A stretch of 64,000 nucleotides of DNA from an uncultured Gemmatimonadales bacterium (GCA_963716255.1 OY970303.1:736001-800000), one strand, 5' to 3'. Counted from the first letter of the stretch, positions 8,575 to 18,242 are shown. Notes: a model not told the origin generated them from the letters alone. Translations and numbers: made by a program.

Positions 8575-9575
8575 GCGCCGTGGAGCTCGCCCCCGAAGTG
8601 CAGCGGGCGCTCGCGGCGGAGGCGGCGCGCGCCCCCACCGTGCACAACGTGCAGCCGGCGCGCTGGCGCTTCGGGCCCGAGGGCGCGGTGACGCTCTTCC
8701 GCGCCGTGGGCCGCGAGCTCCCCGTCGCCGACCCCGCGGGGCACGACCTGCGGGTCAGCCTGGGTGCCGCGTGGGAGGGGATGGCGATCGCGCTCTCGCG
8801 CCGCGGGATGGGGCTCGCCGAGCCGGCGGGCGTGGAGGGCGCGCGCGAGGAGGGCGGGCTGCTCCCCGTGGCGGAGTCGGTGATCGTGGAGGGCACGGGG
8901 GAGGACCCGCTGGCGGCGCAGGTGGAGGCCCGGCGGAGCTTCCGTGGCAGGTTCGACCCGGTGCCCGCGGAGGTGCTGCGGCGGCTGGAGAGCGTGGGCG
9001 GGGAGGACGCGCGCTACGTGACCGACCCGGCCGCGATCCGCGCGGCGGCGGAGCTGTACGACGACGCGGCGTGGGGGTTCGTGGGCCAGGCGGGGTACCA
9101 CGCGGAATTGCATCGCTGGATGCGCCTGTCGCCGTCGCACCCGGACTGGGCGCGCGACGGCCTGAACGCCGACTGCATGGCGCTCTCCGGGGTGGAGCGC
9201 GCCGCAGCGTCGGTGCTCCTGCGGCCCCGGGTGTTCGGCGTGCTGAAGCGGCTGGGGATGGCGAAGCCCGTGATCTCCGAGGCGGCGCAGACGCGCAGCG
9301 CGTCCGCGCTGCTGCTCTTCACCCCGCCCGGCGACCTGGGCGACTTCGACGTGGGGCGGCGCTTCTACCGGCTGTGGCTGGAGGTGACGGCGCTGGGACT
9401 GGCGATGGTGCCCATGTCCGCGCTCTCGGACGCGCCGGAGGCGCGGGAGATGCTGTGCCGCGAGCACGGCGTGCCGAAGGATCGCCGGCTCGCGAACGTT
9501 CTTCGGGTGGGGCGGGTGCCGGCGGGCGGCGCGGCGAGGAGCCCGAGGCTCCCGACCGACGAGCTGCTGGTCTGA
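8571..9575 (+). CDS. Acg/Rv2032-type FMN-binding nitroreductase-fold protein
   Basis: ARAPTVHNVQPARW, RRSFRG and GRRFYRLWLEVTALGL; GTGA overlap with the previous gene. Confidence 0.85.
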   Translation: MSAVELAPEVQRALAAEAARAPTVHNVQPARWRFGPEGAVTLFRAVGRELPVADPAGHDLRVSLGAAWEGMAIALSRRGMGLAEPAGVEGAREEGGLLPVAESVIVEGTGEDPLAAQVEARRSFRGRFDPVPAEVLRRLESVGGEDARYVTDPAAIRAAAELYDDAAWGFVGQAGYHAELHRWMRLSPSHPDWARDGLNADCMALSGVERAAASVLLRPRVFGVLKRLGMAKPVISEAAQTRSASALLLFTPPGDLGDFDVGRRFYRLWLEVTALGLAMVPMSALSDAPEAREMLCREHGVPKDRRLANVLRVGRVPAGGAARSPRLPTDELLV

Positions 9576-9588
9576 GATGCAGGGGACG

Positions 9589-9630
9589 AAGCGAACGGGC
9601 GGCCGCAGGAACGGCCGCCCGTCGCTTTTT
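9589..9630 (+). terminator. Rho-independent terminator of the GNAT-ThiF-nitroreductase operon
   Basis: GCGAACGGGCGGCCG-CAGGAA-CGGCCGCCCGTCGC followed by TTTTT, just after the stop at 9575. Confidence 0.8.
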
Positions 9631-9654
9631 CCGGTGGGCTACACTCTGGTCCGG

Positions 9655-9822
9655 CTACGTCCCCGACCCGTTGCAGCGCGGGCAGGTCGTCTGTCCCTTT
9701 CCGTCACACATGAAGCAGGTCTTGTAGCCGCCGCCTCCCTCACCGTCCGGCAGCTGGCCGCTCCCGTCGCACTTGGGACACTTCACCTTGCCGGCACCGT
9801 CGCAAAGCGTACATACGGACAT
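9655..9822 (-). CDS. Stand-alone DnaJ-type zinc-finger microprotein, 55 aa, 4x CxxCxGxG
   Basis: Manual translation MSVCTLCDGAGKVKCPKCDGSGQLPDGEGGGGYKTCFMCDGKGQTTCPRCNGSGT*; strong RBS GAGGAGG 6 nt before the ATG. Below the ORF-track size cut-off. Confidence 0.88.
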   Translation of the reverse strand: MSVCTLCDGAGKVKCPKCDGSGQLPDGEGGGGYKTCFMCDGKGQTTCPRCNGSGT

Positions 9823-10108
9823 GCCGAACCTCCTCGTGTGGGTTTGATCCTGCGCGGATCGGTGCTCCTGCGAGCACCGGAGAGGGCGGGATCGCCCTCC
9901 CCCCGTTTGGGGACGGACGCGCCACCCGAACCTGGCGGGGCGGCCGGCAGCACGGCCCGACCGACGGCAGGGAGCGTACCCAAGCCTGTTTCCGCGCCGT
10001 TGCTGGGCTTTCGCGATCTGAACTGGAAAGCCTGGGGCACATGCGCCACAGAAAGCGGGACACAGATGTCCCGGTGTCCCACCGTGCCATCCGGGGCGGG
10101 GTGCGGAG

Positions 10109-11770
10109 TTACAGCCCCTTCAGGTACTCGATCAGCGCCCGCTTCTCCGCGTCCGAAAGCCCGGCGAACTCGCGCTCGTGTCCCGCGCCGCCCCGCCCCG
10201 GCACGCGCGTGTTGTACAGCGCCGGCTCCGACCAGGGAACGTACCCCGCCGGGTAGCGGTACACGCCCGCCGCGTCCGCCGCGCCCGCGATCCCCACCGC
10301 GGCGTAGTCCAGCCGGTGCCCGCCCACCGAAAAGCGTACCGGCCGCTCGGCGGGGGTCATGAGCTGCCACAGCGTCGGCACGGAGCCGTTGTGGAGGTAC
10401 GGCGCCGTCGCCCACAGGCCGGACAGGACGGGCGCCACGTAGCCGCCGGTGCGACCCGGGGCGACGTGGCGGGCGTACGCGGTCCCGGCCAGGCTCGCCA
10501 GCAGCCGGTCGTCGATTGCCTGCCAGCGGGCGGGGTCCGTTCCCATGGCGTCCTGCGGGACGAGCCGGTTGGGAAAGGCGGCCAGGCGGCGCGGGCGCGT
10601 GGCATCGTCGTAGACCCCGTGGCAGCCGGCGCAGCGGGCCGCGAAGAGGACACCCCCGGCGCGCGCCGCCACCTCGTCCACGGGGCCGGGGAAGCGCGGC
10701 GGCGCGTACGACGCGTCCAGCCACCCCATGACCTGGCGCACCTCGGGGATCGCCTGCTCCGCGTCGTCCGGGCTCATCCCCATGGTGGGGACGGTGAAGA
10801 AGGCGACGATGGCGGCGAGCGAATCCAGGTGCGCCGGCGTGGCGGCACCGCTCCGGGCGGCGAAGCGCGCGCCGGACGCGGGCGCGAACGTGCCGTCGTA
10901 GAGGAGCGAACTGCGCATCCCCCGACCGCCCAGCTCCGGGATGGAGGTGAACCCCGCCTCCGGGTGCATGGCGGCGCCGGACAGCAGCCCCATCTGCAAC
11001 TTGAGCGACGCCACCCCGTTGGTGAGCCCCGGCCCGCCGTTGGCGAACGGCGTCGGCGCGTCCACCCCCGCCGCGAGCGCCGCCATCCGCTTCCTCACCC
11101 GCGGCAGGATCACACGGCGCAGCGTGAAGCGCTCCCGCGCCCCCATCTCCGGAAACAGCTCCGCGGCCCGCCGCGCGAGCGCGTCCGTGTCGCCCGCGCC
11201 GCGCTTCATGCCGCGGTAGACGGCCCGGGTGTACGCCTCCACGTCCAGCGAGGTGTTGGGCAGGCCCAGCCACGCCTCGCCGGTGGGGAGCCCCCGCGCG
11301 TCGTACGTCGTCCCCGCGTGGCAGGCGGCGCACCCCAGCGTCGCCGCGTCGATGCGCACCATCGGCGTGGGGCCCTTCACCATCCCCGTCACCATCCCCA
11401 GCGGCCTCCCGAAGCGCGGCTGCGGCGGCCCCCTCCAGTTGCCGATGCGCTCCGGGTACAGGAACCCGAAGCGCCGGAAGAGCCGCGGCAGGTCGTCGCG
11501 CCCCAGCCGCGCCCCCGTCCGCGCCTCCTCGTCCGCCAGCAGCGCCGTGGCGACCACCTTGTAGGGGAGCGCGTTGCTTTCCAGCGTCGCGCCGCTCAGC
11601 CCGCCGAAGTCGTCGTGGACGAAGCGGGCCATCCCCATGCTCTCCGGCGGGACCGGCAACGTGTCCATGGCTTCCATGCCGGTGGAGCGCCCGCGCGATG
11701 AGCACGCGGCGACGAGCAGCGCGAGCGGAAGGAGCCGGCGCAGGGGGCGGCCCGTACGGGTTCGAGGCAT
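10109..11770 (-). CDS. Di-heme cytochrome c lipoprotein, RoxA/rubber-oxygenase / cytochrome c peroxidase-related
   Basis: Lipobox LVAAC; two heme motifs CAACH and CAGCH; MGTDP and LWATAPYLHNGSVPTL; C-terminal ALIEYLK. Confidence 0.8.
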   Translation of the reverse strand: MPRTRTGRPLRRLLPLALLVAACSSRGRSTGMEAMDTLPVPPESMGMARFVHDDFGGLSGATLESNALPYKVVATALLADEEARTGARLGRDDLPRLFRRFGFLYPERIGNWRGPPQPRFGRPLGMVTGMVKGPTPMVRIDAATLGCAACHAGTTYDARGLPTGEAWLGLPNTSLDVEAYTRAVYRGMKRGAGDTDALARRAAELFPEMGARERFTLRRVILPRVRKRMAALAAGVDAPTPFANGGPGLTNGVASLKLQMGLLSGAAMHPEAGFTSIPELGGRGMRSSLLYDGTFAPASGARFAARSGAATPAHLDSLAAIVAFFTVPTMGMSPDDAEQAIPEVRQVMGWLDASYAPPRFPGPVDEVAARAGGVLFAARCAGCHGVYDDATRPRRLAAFPNRLVPQDAMGTDPARWQAIDDRLLASLAGTAYARHVAPGRTGGYVAPVLSGLWATAPYLHNGSVPTLWQLMTPAERPVRFSVGGHRLDYAAVGIAGAADAAGVYRYPAGYVPWSEPALYNTRVPGRGGAGHEREFAGLSDAEKRALIEYLKGL

Positions 11771-11988
11771 CGCGGGACCGAGGGGGTGGGCGCGGCGGAA
11801 GCTGGACGTGGCGACGACGGACGAACGGTAACGATTCCCCGCGCTGGTGGCGAGTTCCCCATCCGGGGCGGAACGGGCGGGGCTTGATCGAATTGCCTGA
11901 TTGGTATATATTTCATCACTGAATTAAACACCAGTCAACCTGTTCGCTCGGTGACCGCCGGGCGAGCCACCAGAAAGGACGAGACACC

Positions 11989-12609
11989 ATGGCCGCCACC
12001 GTCACCGACCTCCTGAGCGTGCGCGAGGCCGCCGAGCAGCGCCGCTCCATCCGCGCCTACGTGCAGGAGCCCATCCCCCACGCGGACCTCGAAGAGATCC
12101 TGGAGACCGTGCGGCTGGCCCCCTCCGCGTTCAACGTGCAGCCGTGGCGCTTCGTGGTGGTGGAGACGCCCGCGATGAAGCAGCGGCTCGCCGCGGCCGC
12201 GTACAACCAGCGGCAGGTCACCTCCGCGCCCGTCGTGATCGTGCTCTACACCGACATGGCGGAGGTCCTGGCCACGGTGGACGAGGTGCTGCACCCCGGC
12301 ATGCCCGCGGCGCAGAAGGCCGGGGCGCGCGACACCCTGCTCAGGACCTTCGGGCCGCAGAGCGAGGCCGACCGCGAGGCGTGGGCCGCCGGGCAGGGCT
12401 TCATCGCGCTGGGCTACCTGCTGCTCGCCGCCGAGGCGCACGGCTACCAGACGTCGCCCATGGCCGGCTTCGACGCCGGGGCCGTCAAGGAGCTCCTGGG
12501 GCTCCCGGAGAACGTCCGCGTGCCGGCGCTGGTGGCCATCGGCCGGGGCGCCGAGGAAGGGTTCCCGCACCACCGGCACGAGCTGGAGCGCATCGTCCGT
12601 TACGCGTGA
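11989..12609 (+). CDS. Nitroreductase family protein
   Basis: RRSIRAY, APSAFNVQPWRF and TSPMAGFD motifs. Confidence 0.92.
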   Translation: MAATVTDLLSVREAAEQRRSIRAYVQEPIPHADLEEILETVRLAPSAFNVQPWRFVVVETPAMKQRLAAAAYNQRQVTSAPVVIVLYTDMAEVLATVDEVLHPGMPAAQKAGARDTLLRTFGPQSEADREAWAAGQGFIALGYLLLAAEAHGYQTSPMAGFDAGAVKELLGLPENVRVPALVAIGRGAEEGFPHHRHELERIVRYA

Positions 12610-12647
12610 TCGGGGGTTTGTTCGGAAAGGCTTTTGACGGCGGATCT

Positions 12648-12797
12648 GGGCGTGCCCCCGGCTGGCGCCGGGGTCGGGCTTCGGCTCCGTAACGCAGCAA
12701 ACAACGCTGCGTAACGGAGTCGAGCCCGCGCAAACAGCCGCGCGGTCTCGCCCCTTCGGGCCGGAATCCCTCACGCGGGGCTCGCGCTGGCGTCCGC
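12648..12797 (+). repeat. Family-1 structured element, copy B
   Basis: Same conserved framework as copy A with different but still paired stems. Confidence 0.95.
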
Positions 12798-13050
12798 TGG
12801 GGCCCCTTCCCCCCGGCCCCCTCCCCCAATTCTGGGGGAGGGGGAGCACGACGACGACAGGCTGTTGCAGTTCCCGGGATCTGCGCAGGGAGGCCGGGGG
12901 TGGGCGGTGCGTTTGTTCGAAGCCAGCGTGATCTCGCCCTCGCTCCAGCGGCGGGCGAGTGCTCTGCGAGTCCCTTCGGGTGTCGCACCGCTGGAGGAGC
13001 CTCCCCCGGCCGACCACAAGCACCGGAGCCCGCCGGAACACACCGCTGTT

Positions 13051-13109
13051 GGCCCCCTCTCCCGGAATTGGGAGAGGGTGGCGAGCCTCAAGCGAGCCGG
13101 GTGAGGGCC
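13051..13109 (+). repeat. REP/CIR-like ~59-bp double-hairpin repeat
   Basis: Near-identical to 2216-2274. Confidence 0.85.
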
Positions 13110-13173
13110 AAACGGCGGGGAGGGGCGGCCGACGTGCTCGGCCGCCCCTCCCGTTTTCGTGCTCCGCGGCCGG

Positions 13174-13566
13174 CTACCGCGGCTTTGGCGCCGGCCTGAT
13201 CCTGACCGTGACGTACCGGGACGGCTGCTGCAACTGGAAGCGCGCGTCCACCGGGCACGCGTTCGGCATGGGAGCGACCCAGCCTCCCGGCACATGGAGA
13301 ATCGCGAGCGAGTCCGCCCGCGGCCCCGGATCGAAGGCCATGGGGTCGTTGGGATCGCAGTCACCCCGTGTCGAGGGAATCTCCCTGCCGCTCACGTGGC
13401 CGGCAGAGGAGCCCTGATTCACGATGGAAACGAGCTCGGCCACGGTCAACTGCCCGGCCCGGCTCCCGGTGGGTGGCGCGCTCGCGGGCGGCGGCGCGCC
13501 GGCGCAGCCGGCGAGGAGCGAGGCCGCGAGCGTACCGGCGGAAAGCAACCGACGAGATAGGGGCAT
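13174..13566 (-). CDS. Hypothetical lipoprotein
   Basis: MPLSRRLL...LLAGC lipobox; GGAGG upstream. Confidence 0.6.
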   Translation of the reverse strand: MPLSRRLLSAGTLAASLLAGCAGAPPPASAPPTGSRAGQLTVAELVSIVNQGSSAGHVSGREIPSTRGDCDPNDPMAFDPGPRADSLAILHVPGGWVAPMPNACPVDARFQLQQPSRYVTVRIRPAPKPR

Positions 13567-13700
13567 GGGTCCACCTCCGTCCGGGGTGAGCGGCGGCGGC
13601 GGATGCGGCCGCCTCCCGAACGGTACGCACGCAAACGACGAAGGAAAAGGCTTTTGAAGGGAAGGCCCAGCGGCAGGAAATCACGGCGCGGCAGCGACCT

Positions 13701-13829
13701 GCGTGAGGGATTCCGGCCCGAAGGGGCGAGACCCGCGGGCAGTTTCGCGGGGCTCGACTCCGTTGCAGACGGTCGTTTCGTCTGCTACGGAGCCGAAGCC
13801 CGACCCCGGCGCCCGCCGGGGGCACGCCC
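13701..13829 (-). repeat. Family-1 structured element, copy D (lacks the distal tail)
   Basis: Reverse complement of the family-1 consensus, beginning about 20 bp after the dnaG stop. Confidence 0.95.
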
Positions 13830-13848
13830 CACGCGCAGCGGCCGCAGT

Positions 13849-15714
13849 TCAACGCCGTTGCCCCTGGGCGTTCTGCGCCGTCCGCAGGATCCCCGACTTG
13901 CGCAGCAGACCCCGCTGCCGCATCAGCGCCGTCACCTGCATCATCTCCTCCAGCAGCACCCGCCTCTGCTCCGCGGTGCCGATCTCCATCTCCCGCCCGA
14001 TCTCCGTGAGCCGCTCCTCGTACGGGCGCGCCAGCAGGTCGCGGATGTTGGCCTGGAAGAAGTCCTCCGCGTCCGGGATCTCCAGGGCCTCCGGGTCGCC
14101 GCGCAGCTCCTCCAGCTCGGCCGCGACCTCGGCGGGGAAGCCCGCCACCCACTCCCCCTCCGCGTCGCGGCTCCCTTCCAGCTCGATCAGCTTCTCGAAG
14201 ATCGTCCGGTAGACCGGGGAGCGGAACTCCTCGGCGGCCACCACGTTGACGGTGCGCTCCACCCACGCCTCGTCGCGCAGCATCAGGAGCAGCAGGTTGC
14301 GCTCCGGCCCCAGGCTGGTGACCACGCGGGGCGCCGGCCGCGCGCCGAAGTCGTCCGCCCGGCGCCCCTCCCCCCGCTCGCGGCGCTCGGGGAGGCCCCG
14401 GGAGCGGTTGTCGCGCGCGGGGGCGTCCGCCACTTCCTTGTGGAGCGTGTCCTGCGGCACGCCGGTCTTTTCGGAGAGGCGGCGCAGGTACACGCCGCGC
14501 AGCACCTCGTCGCTGGCGGCGCGGATGGTGGGCATCAGCGCGTCGATGGCCCGCCGCGTCCCCGCGATGCTGGTGAAGAAGCCCTTGCGCTCCAGGATCT
14601 GCATCTTGCGCTCGAGCACGTCCACCGCGTCGTCCAGGTACCTGCGGAGCGCCGCCTCGCCCTTCGCGCGCACCAGCGAGTCCGGGTCCTCGCCCTCCGG
14701 GAGCGTCGCCACCAGCACCTCCACCCCCGCGCGAAGCAGCTCGTCCCCCGAGCGGAAGGTGGCCTTGAGCCCCGCCTTGTCGCTGTCGTACAGGAGGATG
14801 GCGCGCGGCGCGTAGCGGCCGATCAGCTCGGCCTGCGCCTCGGTCATGGCGGTGCCCAGCGGCGCCACGGCGTTCTCCACCCCGTGCGCGGCCAGCGACA
14901 CGTAGTCCATGTACCCCTCCACCACCAGGACCGCTTCCGCCTTGCGGATGGCGCCGCGGCTCCACCCCAGCCCGTAGAGCAGGTCGCCCTTGTGGTAGAC
15001 CGGGGTCTCGGGGGAGTTGAGGTACTTGGGGATGTGCTCCTCGGCCCTGCCCAGGATGCGCCCCCCGAAGGCCACCACGCGCCCGCCCAGGTCCTCGATG
15101 GGAAAGATGATGCGCCCGCGGAAGGCGTCGTACGGCTCGCGGTTCCCCTTCTGCGACTCCTTCACCAGCCCCAGCGACAGCAGCAGCTCGTTGGCAATCC
15201 CCTGCTTGCGGGCCGCGTCGCCGAAGGCGCTCCACTCCTCCGGCGCCCACCCCAGCCCGAAGCGCTCCGCCGCCTTCCGGCCGATCCCCCGCCCTTCCAG
15301 GTACTCGCGCGCCTTGCGGCCCTCCGCGTCGTCCCACAGGCGGCGGCGGAACCACTCCGCGGCGAAGTCGTTGACCTCGTACAGCCTGCGGTTGGGGTCG
15401 TCCTCGGGGCGGCGTTCCTGCCGCTCGGGGATCTCCACCCCCGCGCGCGCCGCCACGAACCTCACCGCGTCCAGGAAGTCCATCCCCAGGTGCTTCATGG
15501 GGAAGGAGAAGATGTCCCCCGCCTCGCCGCAGGTGAAGCACTTGAAGACGTTCTTGGACGGGTCCACCGAGAAGTTGGGCCCGCTGCCGCCATGCAGCGG
15601 GCACGGCCCGCGGAAGGTCCTCCCCGAGCGCTTGAGGCGCGTGTACTCGGAGACGATCTCCACCAGGTCGCCGCGGTGGCGCACCTCGTCGATGACGGCG
15701 TCGGGGATGGACAT
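13849..15714 (-). CDS. dnaG: DNA primase
   Basis: CHC2 zinc finger (CPLH...FKCFTC), KYLNSPET, EGYMD and Toprim DSDKAG. Confidence 0.97.
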   Translation of the reverse strand: MSIPDAVIDEVRHRGDLVEIVSEYTRLKRSGRTFRGPCPLHGGSGPNFSVDPSKNVFKCFTCGEAGDIFSFPMKHLGMDFLDAVRFVAARAGVEIPERQERRPEDDPNRRLYEVNDFAAEWFRRRLWDDAEGRKAREYLEGRGIGRKAAERFGLGWAPEEWSAFGDAARKQGIANELLLSLGLVKESQKGNREPYDAFRGRIIFPIEDLGGRVVAFGGRILGRAEEHIPKYLNSPETPVYHKGDLLYGLGWSRGAIRKAEAVLVVEGYMDYVSLAAHGVENAVAPLGTAMTEAQAELIGRYAPRAILLYDSDKAGLKATFRSGDELLRAGVEVLVATLPEGEDPDSLVRAKGEAALRRYLDDAVDVLERKMQILERKGFFTSIAGTRRAIDALMPTIRAASDEVLRGVYLRRLSEKTGVPQDTLHKEVADAPARDNRSRGLPERRERGEGRRADDFGARPAPRVVTSLGPERNLLLLMLRDEAWVERTVNVVAAEEFRSPVYRTIFEKLIELEGSRDAEGEWVAGFPAEVAAELEELRGDPEALEIPDAEDFFQANIRDLLARPYEERLTEIGREMEIGTAEQRRVLLEEMMQVTALMRQRGLLRKSGILRTAQNAQGQRR

Positions 15715-15842
15715 GCTACGAATCGCGCCTGCGGCGGGTCACGCGCGGGTCAATTAAAACCCGAACAAAAACCGAATACAACCCGAAGATAACGAGTTTC
15801 ACGTTTCTGCGCGAGAGGGGAGCGGGTCGGTCCACACAGGAC

Positions 15843-18242
15843 TCACGCGAACTCCACCACCGTCACGCCCGTCCCGCCCTCGAAGTGCTCGCCGGGGCGG
15901 GCGACGGTGATGCGCCGGTCTTGCTTGAGCAGCTCCTGCACGCGCTCCCGCAGCGCCCCGGTCCCCTTGCCGTGGATGATGCGGAACGAAGGGAGCCCGG
16001 CCAGGATCGCGTCGTCCAGCGCCTTGCCCAGGCGCATCTCCAGCTCGTCCACGCGCAGGCCGCGCAGGTCCACCTCGGGGTGCGCTTCGCCCGCGCCGGA
16101 GGCGTAGCCGCCGCCCCAGCCGGTGCTCTGCCTGCGGGGCTCCTGGTCGCCCGCGGGGAGCACCGACAGGTCGTCGCGCGGCAGCAGCATGCGCAGCGAC
16201 CCGGCCTCCACCATGGCCTTGCCGTCGCGCACCTCCACCACCGTGCCCGTGCGCCCCAGCGACTCGATGCGTACCCGCGTCCCCGCCTCCAGCACCAGCT
16301 CGCGCCGGGGCCCGCCTCCCCCGCCGCCGCCCGTCCGCGCGCCGCGCCTGGGCTCGCGCGGGATGCGCTCCTTCTGGCGCGTGGCCTCCTCCTCCACGCG
16401 CCGCCGGGCCGCCCGCGCGGCGTCGTCCAGGCGGTCGGCGTCCGCGGCCTCGCGCAGCTCGCGGATCGCCGCCTCCACCTCCGCGCGCGACTGGAGCAGC
16501 AGGTCGCGCGCCTGCTGCCGGGCGCGCCGCTCCGCGTCCTTTTCGCGGCGCGCCAGCTCCCGCACCCGCTCCTCCAGCTCCGCCTTCAGCGCCTCCGTCT
16601 CCCGCAGCCGCGCCTCCGCGCGCAGCGTCTCCGAGGCCAGCCGCTGCTCCTTCGCCTCCAGGTCCAGGAGCAGCTTCGCCACGTCGCGCTCGCCCTGCGG
16701 CAGCGCCGCCTCCGCGCGCTCCAGCACCGCCTCCGGGAGCCCCAGCCGCCGCGCGATCGCCAGGCCGTACGAGCGGCCCGGGAGCCCCTTCACCAGGCGG
16801 TAGGTGGGCTGTAGGCGCTCCGCGTCGAACTGGAGCGAGGCGTTGACGATGCCGCGCTCGTCCGTCGCCAGCAGCTTGAGCGACCCCAGGTGCGTGGTCG
16901 CCACGGTGAACGCCGAGCGGCGCGTGAGCTCCACCAGGATGGACGCCGCCAGCGCGCCGCCCTCCACGGGGTCCGTGCCGCTGCCGATCTCGTCCGTGAG
17001 CACCAGCGACTCCCAGCCCGCGCGGTCCAGGATCTCGCGCAGGTTCTTGAGGTGCGCCGAAAAGGTGGAGAGCGACGCCTCGATGGACTGCTCGTCGCCG
17101 ATGTCCGCGAACACGTCGCGGAACACCGGCAGGCGCGACCCCTCCGCCACCGGCGGCACCACCCCGCTCTGCGCCAGCAGCGAGATCAGCCCCATCGCCT
17201 TGAGCAGCACCGTCTTGCCGCCGGTGTTGGGGCCGGAGATGAGCAGCGTGCGCTCCCCCGGGTCCATGCGCAGGTCGAAGGGGACCACCCGCTCGCCCCG
17301 GGCCAGCAGGATGGGGTGGAAGCCGCGCACCACCACGTACTCCTCCGTCCCCGCGGTGAGCACCGCGGGGATCGCCGCGTCCGCCTTGCGGGCGTAGCGC
17401 GCCCGCGCGAACACCGCGTCCAGCCGCACCAGCGCGTCCAGCGTCGCCAGCAGCTCGGGCTGCTGAGGCCGCAGGCGCACGGTGGCTTCGCGGAGGATGC
17501 GCAGCACCTCGCGGCTCTCGTTCGCCTCCAGCTCGCGCAGGCGGTTCATCATCTCCACCGCCACCGGCGGCTCCACGAACAGCGTCGCCCCCGTCCCCGA
17601 CTCGTCGTGCACGATGCCGCCCACCTCGCCGCGCCCCTCGCGGCGGATGGGGATCACGTAGCGCCCCTCGCGCACCGTCACCGAGGCGTCCTGCACCTGG
17701 TGCTGCGGCGGCAGCGAGGCCGCGAAGGCGGCCAGCCGCTCCACGATGCGCGAGCGCATTCCCTTGATCTCGCGCCGGAAGCGGTACAGCTCCGGCGACG
17801 CCCCGTCGCGCACCTCGCCGTGCTCGTCCAGGATGCGCTCGATCTCCGCCTCCTCCTTTTCCAGCTGGAGCAGCGTGCCGGCCAGGAAGCCCAGCGTGGG
17901 GAACGCCGCCGCCGCGGGCAGCACCGAGCGCCGCACCACGCGCGACGACGCCAGCAGCGTCCCCACGTCGCGGAGCGCCCGCCCGTCCAGCACGCTCCCC
18001 TCGATGCGCAGCTTCTTCAGCGGCTCGCGCACCTCCGGGATGGGCGGCACCGCCCACCCCTCGTCGCGCAGCAGGAAGCGCATCATCTCCCCCACCGTCG
18101 CCAGCTCGCCCGTGATCCACCCCGCGTCGTGCGAGGGGCGCAGGGCGCGCACCGCCTCCGCTCCCAGCGCGGAGGTGGCGTGGCGTGCGACGATGTCCAG
18201 GGCTTCCCCGTATTCGAGGACGTTCAGGGCGTGCGAGTTCAT
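15843..18242 (-). CDS. mutS2: Endonuclease MutS2
   Basis: GPNTGGKT Walker A, DIGDEQSIEASLSTFS and DEIGSGTDP; C-terminal Smr domain (DLRG...IHGKGTG). Confidence 0.96.
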   Translation of the reverse strand: MNSHALNVLEYGEALDIVARHATSALGAEAVRALRPSHDAGWITGELATVGEMMRFLLRDEGWAVPPIPEVREPLKKLRIEGSVLDGRALRDVGTLLASSRVVRRSVLPAAAAFPTLGFLAGTLLQLEKEEAEIERILDEHGEVRDGASPELYRFRREIKGMRSRIVERLAAFAASLPPQHQVQDASVTVREGRYVIPIRREGRGEVGGIVHDESGTGATLFVEPPVAVEMMNRLRELEANESREVLRILREATVRLRPQQPELLATLDALVRLDAVFARARYARKADAAIPAVLTAGTEEYVVVRGFHPILLARGERVVPFDLRMDPGERTLLISGPNTGGKTVLLKAMGLISLLAQSGVVPPVAEGSRLPVFRDVFADIGDEQSIEASLSTFSAHLKNLREILDRAGWESLVLTDEIGSGTDPVEGGALAASILVELTRRSAFTVATTHLGSLKLLATDERGIVNASLQFDAERLQPTYRLVKGLPGRSYGLAIARRLGLPEAVLERAEAALPQGERDVAKLLLDLEAKEQRLASETLRAEARLRETEALKAELEERVRELARREKDAERRARQQARDLLLQSRAEVEAAIRELREAADADRLDDAARAARRRVEEEATRQKERIPREPRRGARTGGGGGGGPRRELVLEAGTRVRIESLGRTGTVVEVRDGKAMVEAGSLRMLLPRDDLSVLPAGDQEPRRQSTGWGGGYASGAGEAHPEVDLRGLRVDELEMRLGKALDDAILAGLPSFRIIHGKGTGALRERVQELLKQDRRITVARPGEHFEGGTGVTVVEFA

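Noticed and set aside
9655..9822. Zinc-finger microprotein as the RiPP precursor of the ThiF operon
   Set aside because: Opposite strand, beyond the operon terminator, and fully explained by a metal-binding CxxCxGxG pattern with no leader/core layout.
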